Shown here piece by piece: positions 51,941 through 64,000 of a stretch of 64,000 nucleotides of DNA. The notes beneath the pieces are model-generated. The model made no database searches. It saw only the letters and a list, made by a program, of their open reading frames with translations, and was not told the DNA's origin. Position 1 is the first letter of the stretch, and each line of letters starts with the position of its first letter. This DNA is from Octopus sinensis (Eukaryota): contig NC_043026.1 of the NCBI RefSeq assembly GCF_006345805.1, forward strand, positions 12,751,579-12,815,578. The letters are read 5' to 3'. The position numbers and the translations under genes are program-made.

Positions 51941-52795
51941 TGTGTGAATACCTTTGTGTTTAGTTAAATCACTGTTTTGAGAGAAGGCTTTGCCACAGAT
52001 ATCACAGCGATGTGGCTTCTCACCTGTATGAACACGTTTGTGTCGAATGAAGCTAGAGTTGGCAGAGAATGATTTGCTACAGATATCACACTGATATGGT
52101 TTCTCCCTTGTATGAATACGTTTGTGTGTATTCAAGTCAGAAATTCCAGCAAATGATTTACTACAGATATCACACTGATATGGCCTCTCTCCTGTGTGAA
52201 TACGCCTGTGTCTTCTTAATTGACCATCCTCAGTGAATGCTTTCCCGCAAATATCACATTCACATGGTTTCTCTCCTGTGTGGATACGTATATGTTTAGT
52301 TAAGGTACTACTTACAGAGAATGATTTACTACAGATATCACACTGATATGGTCTCTCACCTGTGTGAATACGCCTGTGACTTTTTAATTGACCATCCTCA
52401 GTGAATGCCTGTCCGCAGATATCACATTCATATGGTTTCTCTCCTGTGTGGATACGTATATGTTTAATTAAGGTGCTACTTGCAGAGAATGATTTACCAC
52501 AGACATCACAATTATATGGTTTTTCTGCAGAATGAATATTTTTATGCACAAATAAGGTACTGTTTAAAGTGAAAGATTTACCACAGATATCACAGTGAAA
52601 TGGTTTCTCTCCTGTGTGAGTACGCCTGTGTTTACTCAAGCTACCGTTTTGAGAGAAGGATTTGCCACAGGTATCACAGTGAAATGGCTTCTCACCTGTA
52701 TGAAAACAAATGTGTTTAACCAAATCATTACCTGTGGGGAAGGATTTACCACAGATTTCACAACCATGTTGTGATTCTTCTAATTCTTTTGACAT
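51935..52795 (-). CDS. ZNF9: C2H2 zinc-finger protein, 10 fingers, 286 aa (arm paralog of ZNF3)
   Basis: ATG at 52795; acceptor at 53196-53198; exon-1 module missing upstream. Confidence 0.9.
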   Translation of the reverse strand: MSKELEESQHGCEICGKSFPTGNDLVKHICFHTGEKPFHCDTCGKSFSQNGSLSKHRRTHTGEKPFHCDICGKSFTLNSTLFVHKNIHSAEKPYNCDVCGKSFSASSTLIKHIRIHTGEKPYECDICGQAFTEDGQLKSHRRIHTGERPYQCDICSKSFSVSSTLTKHIRIHTGEKPCECDICGKAFTEDGQLRRHRRIHTGERPYQCDICSKSFAGISDLNTHKRIHTREKPYQCDICSKSFSANSSFIRHKRVHTGEKPHRCDICGKAFSQNSDLTKHKGIHTV

Positions 52796-53309
52796 TTTTC
52801 TAAGGAATACAAATGGATCCAACCATTAAACTTTTCCCTTGTTTTTCTTCTCTCAACACAGAATATAATTTCTTTTTCTTTGTTGTTGTTGTTATCATTT
52901 ATTCCTTATTTCTACTGCGATCAACTGTTATTTTATCAATATTTAAAATTCTGCAAACTCCTTTGCAAATAGATTCAACTTAATTAGAATGCAAAAGCAA
53001 CAGATAACGAGATGGAGAAATGTTGCTATGAATCTCAGCTCAGATCAAATGTTTCACAGCAATTCAATCCTAGATTTATAACAGTTGGGATATTATATCT
53101 GTTCTCTATAATATTTCCCTCTAGTCTTTAAATTATAAATATTCCAGATGTCTCCAATGTACAAAAGTTGTTTTGTGCCAATGTCATCCGTGAATCTGAA
53201 ATAATAAAGAAACAGAATTAGATAGAGAGGAGAGATCAAAATAGGATTGTTACATTTCTATATTGAATAACAAATGACATCATATAACATTGAGTGAAAT
53301 CTAAAACTT

Positions 53310-53685
53310 TATGTGTGGTAAGTAGCTTGTTTACCAACCACATGGTACCGGTTGAGTCCCACTGCGTGGCACCTTGGGCGAGTGTCTTCTACTACAGCCT
53401 TGGGCCGACCAAAGCCTTGTGAGTCGACTTGGTAGACGGAAACTGAAAGAAGCCCGTCGTATTTATGTATATGTGTGTGTGCGTGTATGTTTGTGTTTGT
53501 CCCCCTAGCATTGCTTGACAACCGATGCTGGCGTGTTTATAACCCCGTCACTTAGCAGTTCGGCAAAACAGACCGGTAGAATAAGTACTGGGCTTACAAA
53601 GAATAAGTCCCGGGGTTGTGTTGCTCGATTAAAGGCGGTGCTCCAGCATGGCCGCAGTCAAATGACTGAAACAAGTAAAAGAGTA
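53310..53685 (+). mobile_element. SINE family A
   Basis: Family A body and tail, head clipped. Confidence 0.85.
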
Positions 53686-53941
53686 ATAACTATATGTTTA
53701 CATTATGTAACATTTTATATGGCTGCTGGGGGTGTTTGTCTCCCCTTCATAAATATATAAGGACACAGGAAAAAATGTGTCGAAGCCATCAGGAAGCGTC
53801 GATGCTTCCTAGGGCTAAACAGCGGTAGTGTAATCCCCTACTGTCACGTTAGATTGACAGTATACAACCATTCTATCGCTCCACCACCGTACATATCTCT
53901 GAGATATTTAGAAATTTAATATTTCTGATATATATATATAT

Positions 53942-54350
53942 ACTCTTTTACTTGTTTCAGTCATTTGACTGCGGCCATGCTGGAGCACCGCCTTTAGTCG
54001 AGCAAATCGACCCTGGGACTTATTCTTTGTAAGCCCAGTACTTATTCTATCGGTCTCTTTTTGCCGAACCGCTAAGTGACGAGGACGTAAACACACCAGC
54101 ATCGATTGTCAAGCAATGCTAGGGGGACAAACACAGACACACAAACATATACACGCAGATACATATATATATATATATATATATACGACAGGCTTCTTTC
54201 AGTTTCTGTCTGCCAAATCCACTCACAAGGCTTTGGTCAGCCCGAGGCTATAGCAGAAGACACTTGCCCAAGATGCCATGCAGTGGGACTGAACCCGGAA
54301 CCATGTGGTTGGTAAGCAAGCTACTTACCACACAGCCACTCCTGCGCCTA
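53942..54350 (-). mobile_element. SINE family A
   Basis: Full-length reverse copy. Confidence 0.9.
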
Positions 54351-54562
54351 ACTGTTTATATATATAAAATACAAAAACGGTCTCTAACGCAAAACATCCA
54401 GAAAGTTAGGTGAAACAAAAAAGAGACAACAAAATATCCAGACAGATGATACAAAGAAAACAAGGACGGATCATTTGGAGTTTTCTATCCTCAGTCGAGT
54501 TCCAGATTATCTTTGCAATTTCAGCTGATATATGATATATATATATATATATATATATCCCC

Positions 54563-55130
54563 CTAGGTAGGTGGCCCTGCTCGATCTGTAGAAACTCCAT
54601 AAGATGTACCCAGTGTAAGCTATGGACGCATAAGAGGTGCAGCAACATCAAAGGAACGTTAACCGAGAAGATAGCTTTCATGTGCGGCAGATGCACAGGG
54701 GCAATAGACACCACAGACACTCAGAAAACAGATTCCATTACACTCCAGGGGGATAAACTAGAAGTAGTTAATAGTTCCCGTTACCTAGGTGACCAGGTAA
54801 GTAGTGGAGGTGGATGCTGAGAGAGTGTTACCACTAGAATAAGAATAGCCTGGGCAAAGTTTAGAAAGCTTCTTCCCCTACTGGTGACAAAGGGTCTCTC
54901 GCTCAGAGTGAAAGGTAGATTGTACGACGCATGTGTGTGAACTGCCTTGCTTCATGGCAGTGAAACATGGACCATGACTGTGGAGGACATGCGTAGGCTT
55001 GAAAGAAATGAAGCTAGCATGACCCACTGGATGTGTAATGCCAGTGTCCATGCACGACAGAGTGTAAGCACCCTGAGAGAAAGGTTGGACATAAGAAGCA
55101 TCGGATGTGGCATGCAGGAGAGGCGTCATC
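54563..55130 (+). mobile_element. Degraded RTE-clade LINE (post-RT region)
   Basis: Frames RCTQCKLWTHKRC, YLGDQV, RIRIAWAKFRKLLP, LLHGSETWTMTVED. Confidence 0.85.
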
Positions 55131-56011
55131 ATCGTTTAATGTCCATTTTCCAACCATGGCTTGACAACAGATGTTAGAGCGAGAAAGACACACATGAAGA
55201 TGATCGTAGAATATGCTAGAAACAACAGCCAAATCTCCATTTAATCACACACCTTTAAGTCTGACAATATTTACTCTTTTTTTAACGGAAAGGGCTTCTC
55301 TTATGGTTTTAAGTGCGTAATGCCAACGAAATCAAGTAAATCGGGGGAGTAAAGGACGAGGAGGGGGTCGTTAAAAAGCTAAATCTCTCGAAAAAAGGCA
55401 CTACTTAAATATAGGTCCCGATGCATCTACGTAACAATGTTTTTAGGTTAGGGTTATGTAGATGCGTCAAGACCTTTGTATTTAAGTAGTATGGGAAAAA
55501 TTTCTTTTTTTAAATGATGCTTCAAATCAATTTCAAGTGTGCATTCTAAGACAAAATCTGAAAAATTCCAACATATGTGGGCCACCTACCGCTGACGACC
55601 ACCGTATTTTCTACGCTTTCTTCACAATCTGCTGGAATAGAGGAGACATGAACGACGGTAGTATGTACAAAAACAAAGCGAGCATTCGTCAAGGCAGTTG
55701 GTTTGAAAACAGTCATCTCACTTTGTTCAATACCATCTTTCTATCATATTGCTGGGCCCAGGACTTTTCTCTCTCAAAGACATTTCTCATAAGGTCCACT
55801 GCGACAAGAATACTCGTGCAATTCATTGATGCAATTTCGACTGTGAATCGATTTTACGTTTGTAAAATAGGAAATTAGGCCGTGTTGTGTTGAGGGTGTA
55901 ATTCCGTCTGTTCTTTGGTGAAACTTAGTCTAACTTTGGAAGATTCTGCTCAACATCGCTCACTGAAGCGTAGTGTTGTGTGCTCTGGAGGAGTAAAGCA
56001 ATCCGAATTAG

Positions 56012-56724
56012 ATATGACCAGGGAAGCTAAAGAGACGGGGGCGGCAGCAAGGAAGGCCACAGTACCTCAGGACCCACAAAGTGTAAAGATGAAAACCTGG
56101 TCATCTTCGGAAAAAGGGAGGGCGGAACCGAATACTCGATACACGGTATAAGTATTCCCGGATTTCTGGAAGCCGGATAAGAGATCCGGCACGTACGATC
56201 GATCGATAGATAGGTGTGGATATCTTACCAATTATGCTTTACAAATCAATATGACCAGAGAAGCTAAAGAGACGGGGGCGGCAGTAAGGAAGGCCACAGT
56301 ACCTCAGGACCCACAAAGTGTAAAGATGAAAACCTGGTCATCTTCGGAAAAAGGGAGGGCGGAACCGAATACTCGATACACGGTATAAGTATTCCCGGAT
56401 TTCTGGAAGCCGGATAAGAGATCCGGCACGTACGATCGATCGATAGATAGGTGTGGATATCTTACCAATTATGCTTTACAAATCAATATGACCAGAGAAG
56501 CTAAAGAGACGGGGGCGGCAGCAAGGAAGGCCACAGTACCTCAGGACCCACAAAGTGTAAAGATGAAAACCTGGTCATCTTCGGAAAAAGGGAGGGCGGA
56601 ACCGAATACTCGATACACGATATAAGTATTCCCGGATTTCTGGAAGCCGGATAGGAGATCCGGCACGTACGATCGATCGATAGATAGGTGTGTATATCTT
56701 ACCTGTTATGCTACACAAATCAAT
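56012..56724 (-). repeat. 237-bp intron-1 VNTR upstream of ZNF9 (3 units)
   Basis: ATATGACCAG at 56012, 56249, 56486 (period 237). Confidence 0.92.
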
Positions 56725-57013
56725 GTTATCTTGCCAATGTAGATTATAAGAGTGGCTATAAAATATATTGTGATAACAGCTCGTTAACACACTCAGGTAA
56801 GAATTTACTAAAGTGGCTGAAGTGGTTGATATAAGGAAGAGTATCTGGCTGTAAAAAAGTATCTGAAAAGGGTGACCACGAAGTGTATGGTTACTTTCAG
56901 GGGTCAATGATTACTTTTAAGGGCACAAAGGTTAAGCCATGATTTTCCAGGGAGAAAGGTTCCAAGATATTGAATGTTGCTGTGTGTTCTAATGAATTTT
57001 GACAATGATACAA

Positions 57014-57793
57014 TCACACTTTCGCATGGATAGATGCATGTGTATTTAAGTTACTTCTCTGAGAGAATGATTTACCACAGATATCACAGTGATATGGTTT
57101 TTCTCCTGTATGTATAAGTTTGTGTTTAGTTAAGTCACAACTTTGAGAGAAAGCGAGACCACATGTATCACAATTATATGGTGTCTTCCCTGTGTGAATG
57201 CGTTTGTGTTTAGTTAAGTTTGAGTTATCAGAGAATGATTTACCACAGGTGTCACAGTGAAATGGTTTTTCACCTGAATGAATACGTTGGTGTGTAGTCA
57301 AGTCGCTAATTCCAGAGAATGATTTGCCACAGGTAACACAATGATACGGTCTCTCTCCTGTGTGAATACGTTCGTGTCTTCTTAAGATTTTACTGTCAGA
57401 GAATGCTTTGCCACAGATATCGCAACAATATGGTTTCTCACCTGTATGAATACGTTTGTGTGTTGTTAATTGACTACCTACAGAGAATGATTTAGCACAG
57501 GTAATACAGTGAAATGGCTTTTCCCCTGTATGAAAACGTTTGTGTCTGCTTAAGTGACTATTCTCAGTGAATGCCTTTCCACAGATATCACAGGTATATG
57601 GTCTCTCACCTGTATGAATACGTTTGTGCCGACTTAAGCTACTGTTCTGAGAGAATGATTTACCACAGGTATCACAGTGAAATGGCTTCTCACCTGTATG
57701 GATACGAACGTGCTTAATCAACTCACTACTTCTAGAATATGATTTACCACAGATTTCACAATAATGTTCTGATTTCCCTAATTCTTTTGACAT
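57014..57793 (-). CDS. ZNF10: C2H2 zinc-finger protein, 9 fingers, 259 aa
   Basis: ATG at 57793; acceptor at 58182-58184; promoter at ~62.8 kb. Confidence 0.92.
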   Translation of the reverse strand: MSKELGKSEHYCEICGKSYSRSSELIKHVRIHTGEKPFHCDTCGKSFSQNSSLSRHKRIHTGERPYTCDICGKAFTENSHLSRHKRFHTGEKPFHCITCAKSFSVGSQLTTHKRIHTGEKPYCCDICGKAFSDSKILRRHERIHTGERPYHCVTCGKSFSGISDLTTHQRIHSGEKPFHCDTCGKSFSDNSNLTKHKRIHTGKTPYNCDTCGLAFSQSCDLTKHKLIHTGEKPYHCDICGKSFSQRSNLNTHASIHAKV

Positions 57794-58481
57794 TTCTCCA
57801 AGAGACAAAATAGACCCAACCGTTAAAGTTTCTCACAGTATTAAATTTTCCCCTTATCTTTCTTCTCTCACCACAGAATGTAATTTCCTTCTACTTGTGC
57901 TTGTTATAACTTAGAAATATTTCTACTGCTATGGACTAAAATTCTGCAAACTCCTTTGCAAATAGATTCAACTTTAATCAGAATGCAAAAGCAACAGGTA
58001 AGGAGATGGAGAAATGTTGCTACGAATCTTTGCTCAGAGCAAATATTTCACAGTAATCCAACCCTAGTAGGGTTATTATATCTGTTCCCTAAGACATTTT
58101 CCTTTAGTCTTTAAGACATGATAGATATTCCAGAGGTATCCAATGAACAAAAGATGTTTTGTGCCAATGTCATCTGTGAATCTGAAATAATAAAGAAATA
58201 GTTTTAGATATAGAAAACAGATCAAAACAGAAGTGTTGCAACATTTCTATATTGATTAACAAATGACATCAAATAACTTTAGGTGAAAATTTATAAACTA
58301 CAACTACACCTTCACATTGTTTGTGTATACATATATATCAGGTAGAGTAAAAAGTAAGCAACGTTTTGAACCATGAGGAATTTCTACTGGATTTTTGCAG
58401 TGTTTTGAATTTTTAAAAACATTTTTTTGCAATTGTCTGATAATATAGATATAGCCTTGCCCAAATGCATCAATAAATTAA

Positions 58482-58850
58482 TACTCTTTTACTTGTTTAA
58501 GTCATTTGACTGCAGCCATGCTGGAGCACCGTCTTTAGTCGAGCAAATCGACCCCGGGACTTATTCGTTGTAAGCCCAGTACTTATTCTATCGGTCTCTT
58601 TTGCCAAACCGCTAAGTGACGGGGACATAAACACAGCAGCATCGGTTGTCAAGCAATGCTAGGGGAACAAACACACACATATACATATATACGACAGGCT
58701 TCTTTCAATTTCCGTCTACCAAATCCACTCACAAGGCATTGGTCGGCCCGGGGCTATAGCAGACGACACTTGCCCAAGATGCTACGCAGTGGGACTGAAC
58801 CCGGAACCATGTGGTTGGTTAGCAAGCTACTTACCACACAGCCACTCCTG
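58482..58850 (-). mobile_element. SINE family A
   Basis: Full-length reverse copy. Confidence 0.9.
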
Positions 58851-58889
58851 ATATTGATATTTTTTTCCCTGTCCTTACAATCATCTGAA

Positions 58890-60210
58890 ACAGAACTGTC
58901 AAAGAACGATATTCAAGCAATTTTGCAATTCAAATTCAAAAAAGGTCGTAAAGCAGCTGAAACTGCTTGCGATATCAACAAAATGTTTGGTGTGGAAACG
59001 ACCAGTGAGTGGTCAGCTTGGAAATGGTTTAAATGATTTCGCAGTGGAGACCAGAGCCTTCAAGATCGTTAGTGCAGTGGACGCCCATCTGTCATTGATA
59101 ACAAGTCAATTAAGGACTGTCATTAAGAAAGACCCATGCGAAACCACTCGAGAAGTGGCAAAAGAACTTCAATGAAAATCAGAAGATGTGCAGATATGAA
59201 ATTTGCTTGTAGCTTCTTCTCCATAACCAGACCGACCCATTTCTTGACTGTATTGTAACTTGTGATGAAAAGTGGATCCTGTACATCATCAACATCGTTT
59301 AGCGTCCGCTTTCCATGCTGGCATGGGTTGGACGGTTCAACTGGGGGTCTGTGAAGCCCGAAGGCTGCACCAGGTCAGTCAGATCTGGCAGTGTTTCTAC
59401 AGCTGGAAGCCCTTCCTAACGCCAACCACTCCGTGAGTGTAGTGGGTGGTGCTTTTTATGTGCCAGGCGAGGCTGGCACGGCCACGATCGGATGGTGTTT
59501 TTTTGTGCCACCGACACAGGTGCCAGACAAGGCTGGCGAATGGTGTTTTTCACATGCCACCGGCATGGAGGCCAGGCAAGGCCACGCTCAGATGGTGTTT
59601 TTTACGTGCCCACTGCACGGAGGCCAGTCGATGCGGTACTGGCTACGGCCACGTTCGGATGGTTTTCTATGTGCCACCGGCACTGGTATCACAAAAATAC
59701 AAATTCCATTGATGTTCATCAATTTTGATTTGATTTGATTTTCACTTGCCTCAACAGGTCTTCACAAGTAGTGTTATGTGTTCGAATGATAAAAAAATGT
59801 TCTTTGCAGTGGTTGGAACAAATAAAGCACCAAAAACCTTCCCTAAATTTGAGCCCTTCAAAAAGAAGGTTATGGTGACTGTTTGGTGGTGTACTGCTGG
59901 ACTCTTCCACTATAACTTCTTAAAACCTGGAAAAACCATTACTGCAGAAACATATTGCCATGAAATTGCCGAGATGAATGCAAAACTGAATCTCCTCCGT
60001 CCCAAGACTGGTCAACAGAAGACGGCCAATCATTCTTCATGATAATGCTTGACCACATTTCACTAACGATGATCCAGATGTTAGGGGAACCTGGCTACTA
60101 AGTACTTCTCCACCACCCAGCTTATTCCCCAAACCTTTCTCCTACTGACCACCACAGCTTTCAAGCACTTTGAAGGAGTTCAAAGTCAAACTGTGGAAAA
60201 TGTATTCAAA
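58890..60210 (+). mobile_element. Degraded mariner-family transposase, interrupted by a SINE family C insertion (~59285-59745)
   Basis: Broken frames FKKGRKAAETACDIN (HTH), CIVTCDEKWIL, KKVMVTVWW...LKPGKTITAETYC, HPAYSPNLSPTDHH (YSPDL-like). Confidence 0.88.
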
Positions 60211-60346
60211 AGCGCAGGAGTGGTTGTGTGGTAAGTAGCTTGTTTACCAACTGCATGGCACCTTGGGCAAGTGTCTTCTGCTATAGCCCCGGGCCGACCA
60301 ATACCTTGTGAGTGGATTTGGTAGACGGAAACTGAAAGAAGCCCGT

Positions 60347-60380
<34 letters not shown>

Positions 60381-60600
60381 TGTGTGTGTTGTGTGTCTGT
60401 GTTTGTTTCCCTAGCATTGCTTGACAACCGATGCTGGTGTGTTTATGTCCCCGTCACTTAGCGGTTCGGCAAAAGAGACCGATAGGATAAGTACTGGGCT
60501 TACAAAAGAATAAGTCCCGGGGTCGAGTTGCTCGATTAAAGGCGGTGCTCCAGCATGGCCGCAGTCAAATGACTGAAACAAGTAAAAGAGTAAAGAGTTC
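60211..60600 (+). mobile_element. SINE family A
   Basis: Head GCGCAGGAGTGG, tail GACTGAAACAAGTAAAAGAG. Confidence 0.9.
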
Positions 60601-60846
60601 ATCAGCTCCAGAACTCTAGATTTTTACGTTACCAGAATAAACAAACTTGTAACTCGTTAGCAAAAATGTGTTGATTGCAATGGTACCTACTTTGATGAAT
60701 AAAATTTCTGCATTGTTGAAATATATTGTGATGAAATTTCCTGCTTCGAAACTTTGCTTATTTTTTACTGCTACATTGAAGTTCAGAATAATGGACAACA
60801 ATATACTTCTCTCAAAAAATATATTGCCATTGCTCTTTACCTCCAT

Positions 60847-61195
60847 GGCGCATGGCTCAGTGGTTAGAGCGTTGAGCTTACGATCGTGAGGTTGTGAGCT
60901 GGAATCCCGGACCGGACCGGGCTGCGTGTTGTGTTCTCGAGCGAGGCACTTTATTTCACGTTGCTCCGGTTCACTCAGCCTTAGAAATGAGTTGCGACGT
61001 CACTGGTGCCAAGCTGTATCGGCCCCTTTGCCTTTCCCTTGGATAACACTTGTGGCGTGGAGAGGGGAGGCTGGTATGCATGGGCGACTGCTGGTCTTCC
61101 ATAAACAACCTTGCCCGGTCTTGTGTCTAGGAGGGTAACTTTCTAGGTGCAATCCCATGGTCATTCATGACCGAAGGGGGTCTTTACCCTTTACC
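60847..61195 (+). mobile_element. tRNA-derived SINE (family E)
   Basis: GGCGCATGGCTCAGTGG A box, degenerate B box GCTGGAATCCC, body GCACTTTATTTCACGTTGCTCCGGTTCACTCAGC, (TTTACCC)n-like tail. Confidence 0.75.
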
Positions 61196-61529
61196 ACCAG
61201 ATCAGTAATGACTGAGCAGACTTATGATTAAAAAACATTCCATCCATGACTATCCTGTTTTTCCTTCTGACATCCAGGATTACATCAGCAAGTACAGTCA
61301 TCAATTTTCAGGACCAGAAGGTTTAAATTGAATAGAATTTAGCTGTTGTTACTAGCACATGAAGTGACCATGTATGGATCAAACAAAGAGAGAAATGGTG
61401 ATGAACAAGTAAAATTCAACTGAATATATTCTTTTCTTCTTTTGCATGTTTCAGTCATTTGACTGCGGCCATGCTGGAGCACACACATTAAAGGATTTTA
61501 GTAAAGAGCAATTTCAACTGTGAGTTGAT

Positions 61530-61990
61530 TTTAGGGACGTCGATTTCCTCCGTCGATTGTCGATTTCCGTAAAAAATGTAAACACTGAATCGGCCATACA
61601 TACATACACACACACACATACACCGAGTAAAAAATTACACTGAATCGGCCATACATACACACATACATAGATACATACACACACACACATACACCGAGTA
61701 AAAAATTTCGGTTATCTCTCTCTTTCACACATTACTCTCTCTTCGCACACACTAACAGAAGCACTTCACTTACACAACATACTGTCTGTCTCCCACACCC
61801 TATCAAACACACACACGGGGACTTCAAAAAGAAATTCCCTCGTCATAAAATCGCTTCCTCTTAGTCTCTTTCGCTCTCATTACTTCAAATATTCCCGCAA
61901 AGCCATATGTAAAAAAATAAAAGTTTTTTACGGAAATCGACGGAAACGTGTGCTACTACAAACGAAACATTGCCATTTGGCGATCCTTCG
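61530..61990. mobile_element. MITE/HINE-like element related to 34790-35280
   Basis: CCGTCGATT...TTTCCGTAAAA vs TTTTACGGAAATCGACGG; shared internal sequence. Confidence 0.6.
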
Positions 61991-62271
61991 GTATAGGTAC
62001 ACACGTGACTTTGTTTACATTTCTGAAAATAAGAGAAACCCCCCCCCCCCATATATAAAAAAACCTCTTCAAATGTATCCGGTACTTTTGGTACTTATAC
62101 CGAAGTTAGGCCAAATTGTTTACCTTGAGTGCGCGCACCTACACCACTTTTCTTAAATAGTACCCATCTGTTCTTTGGTGAAACTTAGTCTAACTTTGGA
62201 AGATTCTGCTCAACATCGCTCACTGAAGCGTAGTGTTGTGTGCTCTGGGGGAGGAAAGCAATCCGAATTAG

Positions 62272-62748
62272 ATATGACCAGAGAAGCTAGAGAGACGGGG
62301 GCGACAGAAAGGAAGGCCACAGTACCTCAGGACCCACAAAGTGTAAAGATGAAAACCTGGTCATCTTCGAAGAAAGGAAGGGCGGAACCGAATACTCGAT
62401 ACACGGTGTAAGTATTCCCGGATTTCTGGAAGCCGGATAAAAAATCCGGCACGTACGATCGATCGATAGATAGGTGTGGATATCTTACCTGTTATGCTTT
62501 ACAAATCAATATGACCAGAGAAGCTAAAGAGACGGGGGCGGCAGCAAGGAAGGCCACAGTCCCTCAGGACCCACAAAGTGTAAAGATGAAAACCTGGTCA
62601 TCTTCGAAGAAAGGAAGGGCGGAACCGAATACTCGATACACGGTGTAAGTATTCCCGGATTTCTGGAAGCCGGATAAAAAATCCGGCACGTACGATCGAT
62701 CGATAGATAGGTGTGGATATCTTACCTGTTATGCTACACAAATCAATA
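62272..62748 (-). repeat. 237-bp intron-1 VNTR of ZNF10 (2 units)
   Basis: ATATGACCAG at 62272 and 62509. Confidence 0.92.
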
Positions 62749-62774
62749 TTTAGAGTGAAAATATATTTACTCAA

Positions 62775-62886
62775 ACCCAAATCTCCGTCAAGACATACAA
62801 AAACACGTTACGGTTCTTCTCCCGCGTCAGGCAGGATGTAGCGGAAACGGAAGTGTGGGGTGTCATGTGACGAACGTAATCCGCCC
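62775..62886 (-). promoter_or_regulatory. ZNF10 promoter / exon 1 with a mutated donor
   Basis: GC box, GTCATGTGAC (62862-62871), GCGGAAACGGAAGT (62841-62854); donor reads TTGAGT instead of GTGAGT. Confidence 0.68.
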
Positions 62887-64000
62887 GTTCTCTACTAAAT
62901 AAAACCAATAATGTCAAGATCAGGTGGGGAGGAAGAAATAATATTTTGATGCAAATCACCATGGTTACCGTGGTTAATATCTCGGCTGTGATAAACGAAT
63001 GTTCATTATTGTTACCGTTGGCCTTGCTGACGATATTTTAAAAGATGGGATCTTTTCCGTTTGACCGGCAGTTTTTAAAAATAATTTCCACCTAACTAAA
63101 CACTTTCAAACTTCGTTTTCTGGTAGAATGTGTTTATAAAACATCTTTTTCTCTTGGCTTTATTGAGAAAATTCTATAGTTTGTAAGATATTTGTTGTTG
63201 TTTTTTTCTCCAATTTCTGCAATTTCAACCAATCAATGACGTCTATTGAGGTGAAAACATTCTGTGCCGTATGAATATGTCCCTCGTTTAAGAAACTGAT
63301 TGGGTTTATTTACATTTCTGAAGAAAAAAAGATACCCTTCCCCCCACCCCTAACCCTAAAAGAGATTGAAATGCAATAGATCGTTTCAAGGGTCATAATT
63401 ATGGGTGACAATTTCATATGACACCGCTAGAAAAAACTGCCGTAAATAATATTTAATCAACTTATCCATTCTGTAGCTTTTAACTAATACATTGTTCCTA
63501 CACCTGTATTTGTCTTTTTTTTTTTTTTTGTAAATTTGAACCATATACCTGTTTGTGTGATTGGATGGATGCATGGACGGACGAACAGACAGTCTCTCTA
63601 CAGAAAGAGAGTGTTACTTTTCACTCGCAACCACTTTTATTAAATAGGATCATATTCGGAATAGGCAGAGTGAATGCAGAAAGAAGTAGGAGCACCTGAT
63701 TTTAATTTGTGATAAAACAAGATAACAATCCTTAATTGTAAGTCATGCTCAGTTTTCTTAAAATAACAAGTCACCAGAAAATAAATGGAATAAACTGATA
63801 TTATCAAATGGTACGGCGACACCTGACAAGTAAACAATCCCATGGGGTAAACAATGTTGTCAAATGGTGCCAGCTCACTCGAGGGGTCAGTCACGCTGTC
63901 CATTGATGTTATTCAACATTAATATTGGCTTACACACTCATGTTTTGTAATTAATCTTCTTTCCTCTAGAGTGAATTTGTTTATGTCTTTTTAAATGATT

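Noticed and set aside
60847-60920. tRNA genes at 60847, 34380-34454, 29637 and SINE A heads
   Set aside because: A/B-box-like heads continue into SINE bodies; no complete cloverleaf or acceptor stem evident.

Overview
Eukaryotic, AT-rich, repeat-dense DNA, most likely Octopus. That is inferred from the SINE families and from intronless, effector-less C2H2 zinc-finger ORFs, a family known to be hugely expanded and clustered in octopus. The window holds nine intact single-coding-exon C2H2 ZNF ORFs (8-14 fingers; no KRAB/SCAN/BTB/ZAD) plus one headless 7-finger fragment, called ZNF1-ZNF10 in coordinate order. Most genes are copies of one transcription module: E-box + tandem ETS promoter, a short non-coding exon 1 with a GTGAGT donor, an intron with a 237-bp VNTR and TE insertions, a conserved acceptor, a ~0.4-kb 5'UTR with conserved uORFs, then the finger array. 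About 16.3-52.9 kb is a large inverted duplication: left arm ~16.3-32.9 kb, right arm ~39.8-52.9 kb, spacer ~7 kb. Its breakpoints fall inside ZNF genes. The arm paralogs differ in finger number, DNA-contact residues, a 167-bp array (21 vs 6 units) and arm-specific TE insertions. Two of those insertions carry candidate Penelope-type hammerhead ribozymes. The rest is SINE, CR1/RTE LINE, MITE, mariner and Helitron debris. All alignments were done by eye; TE boundaries are approximate.
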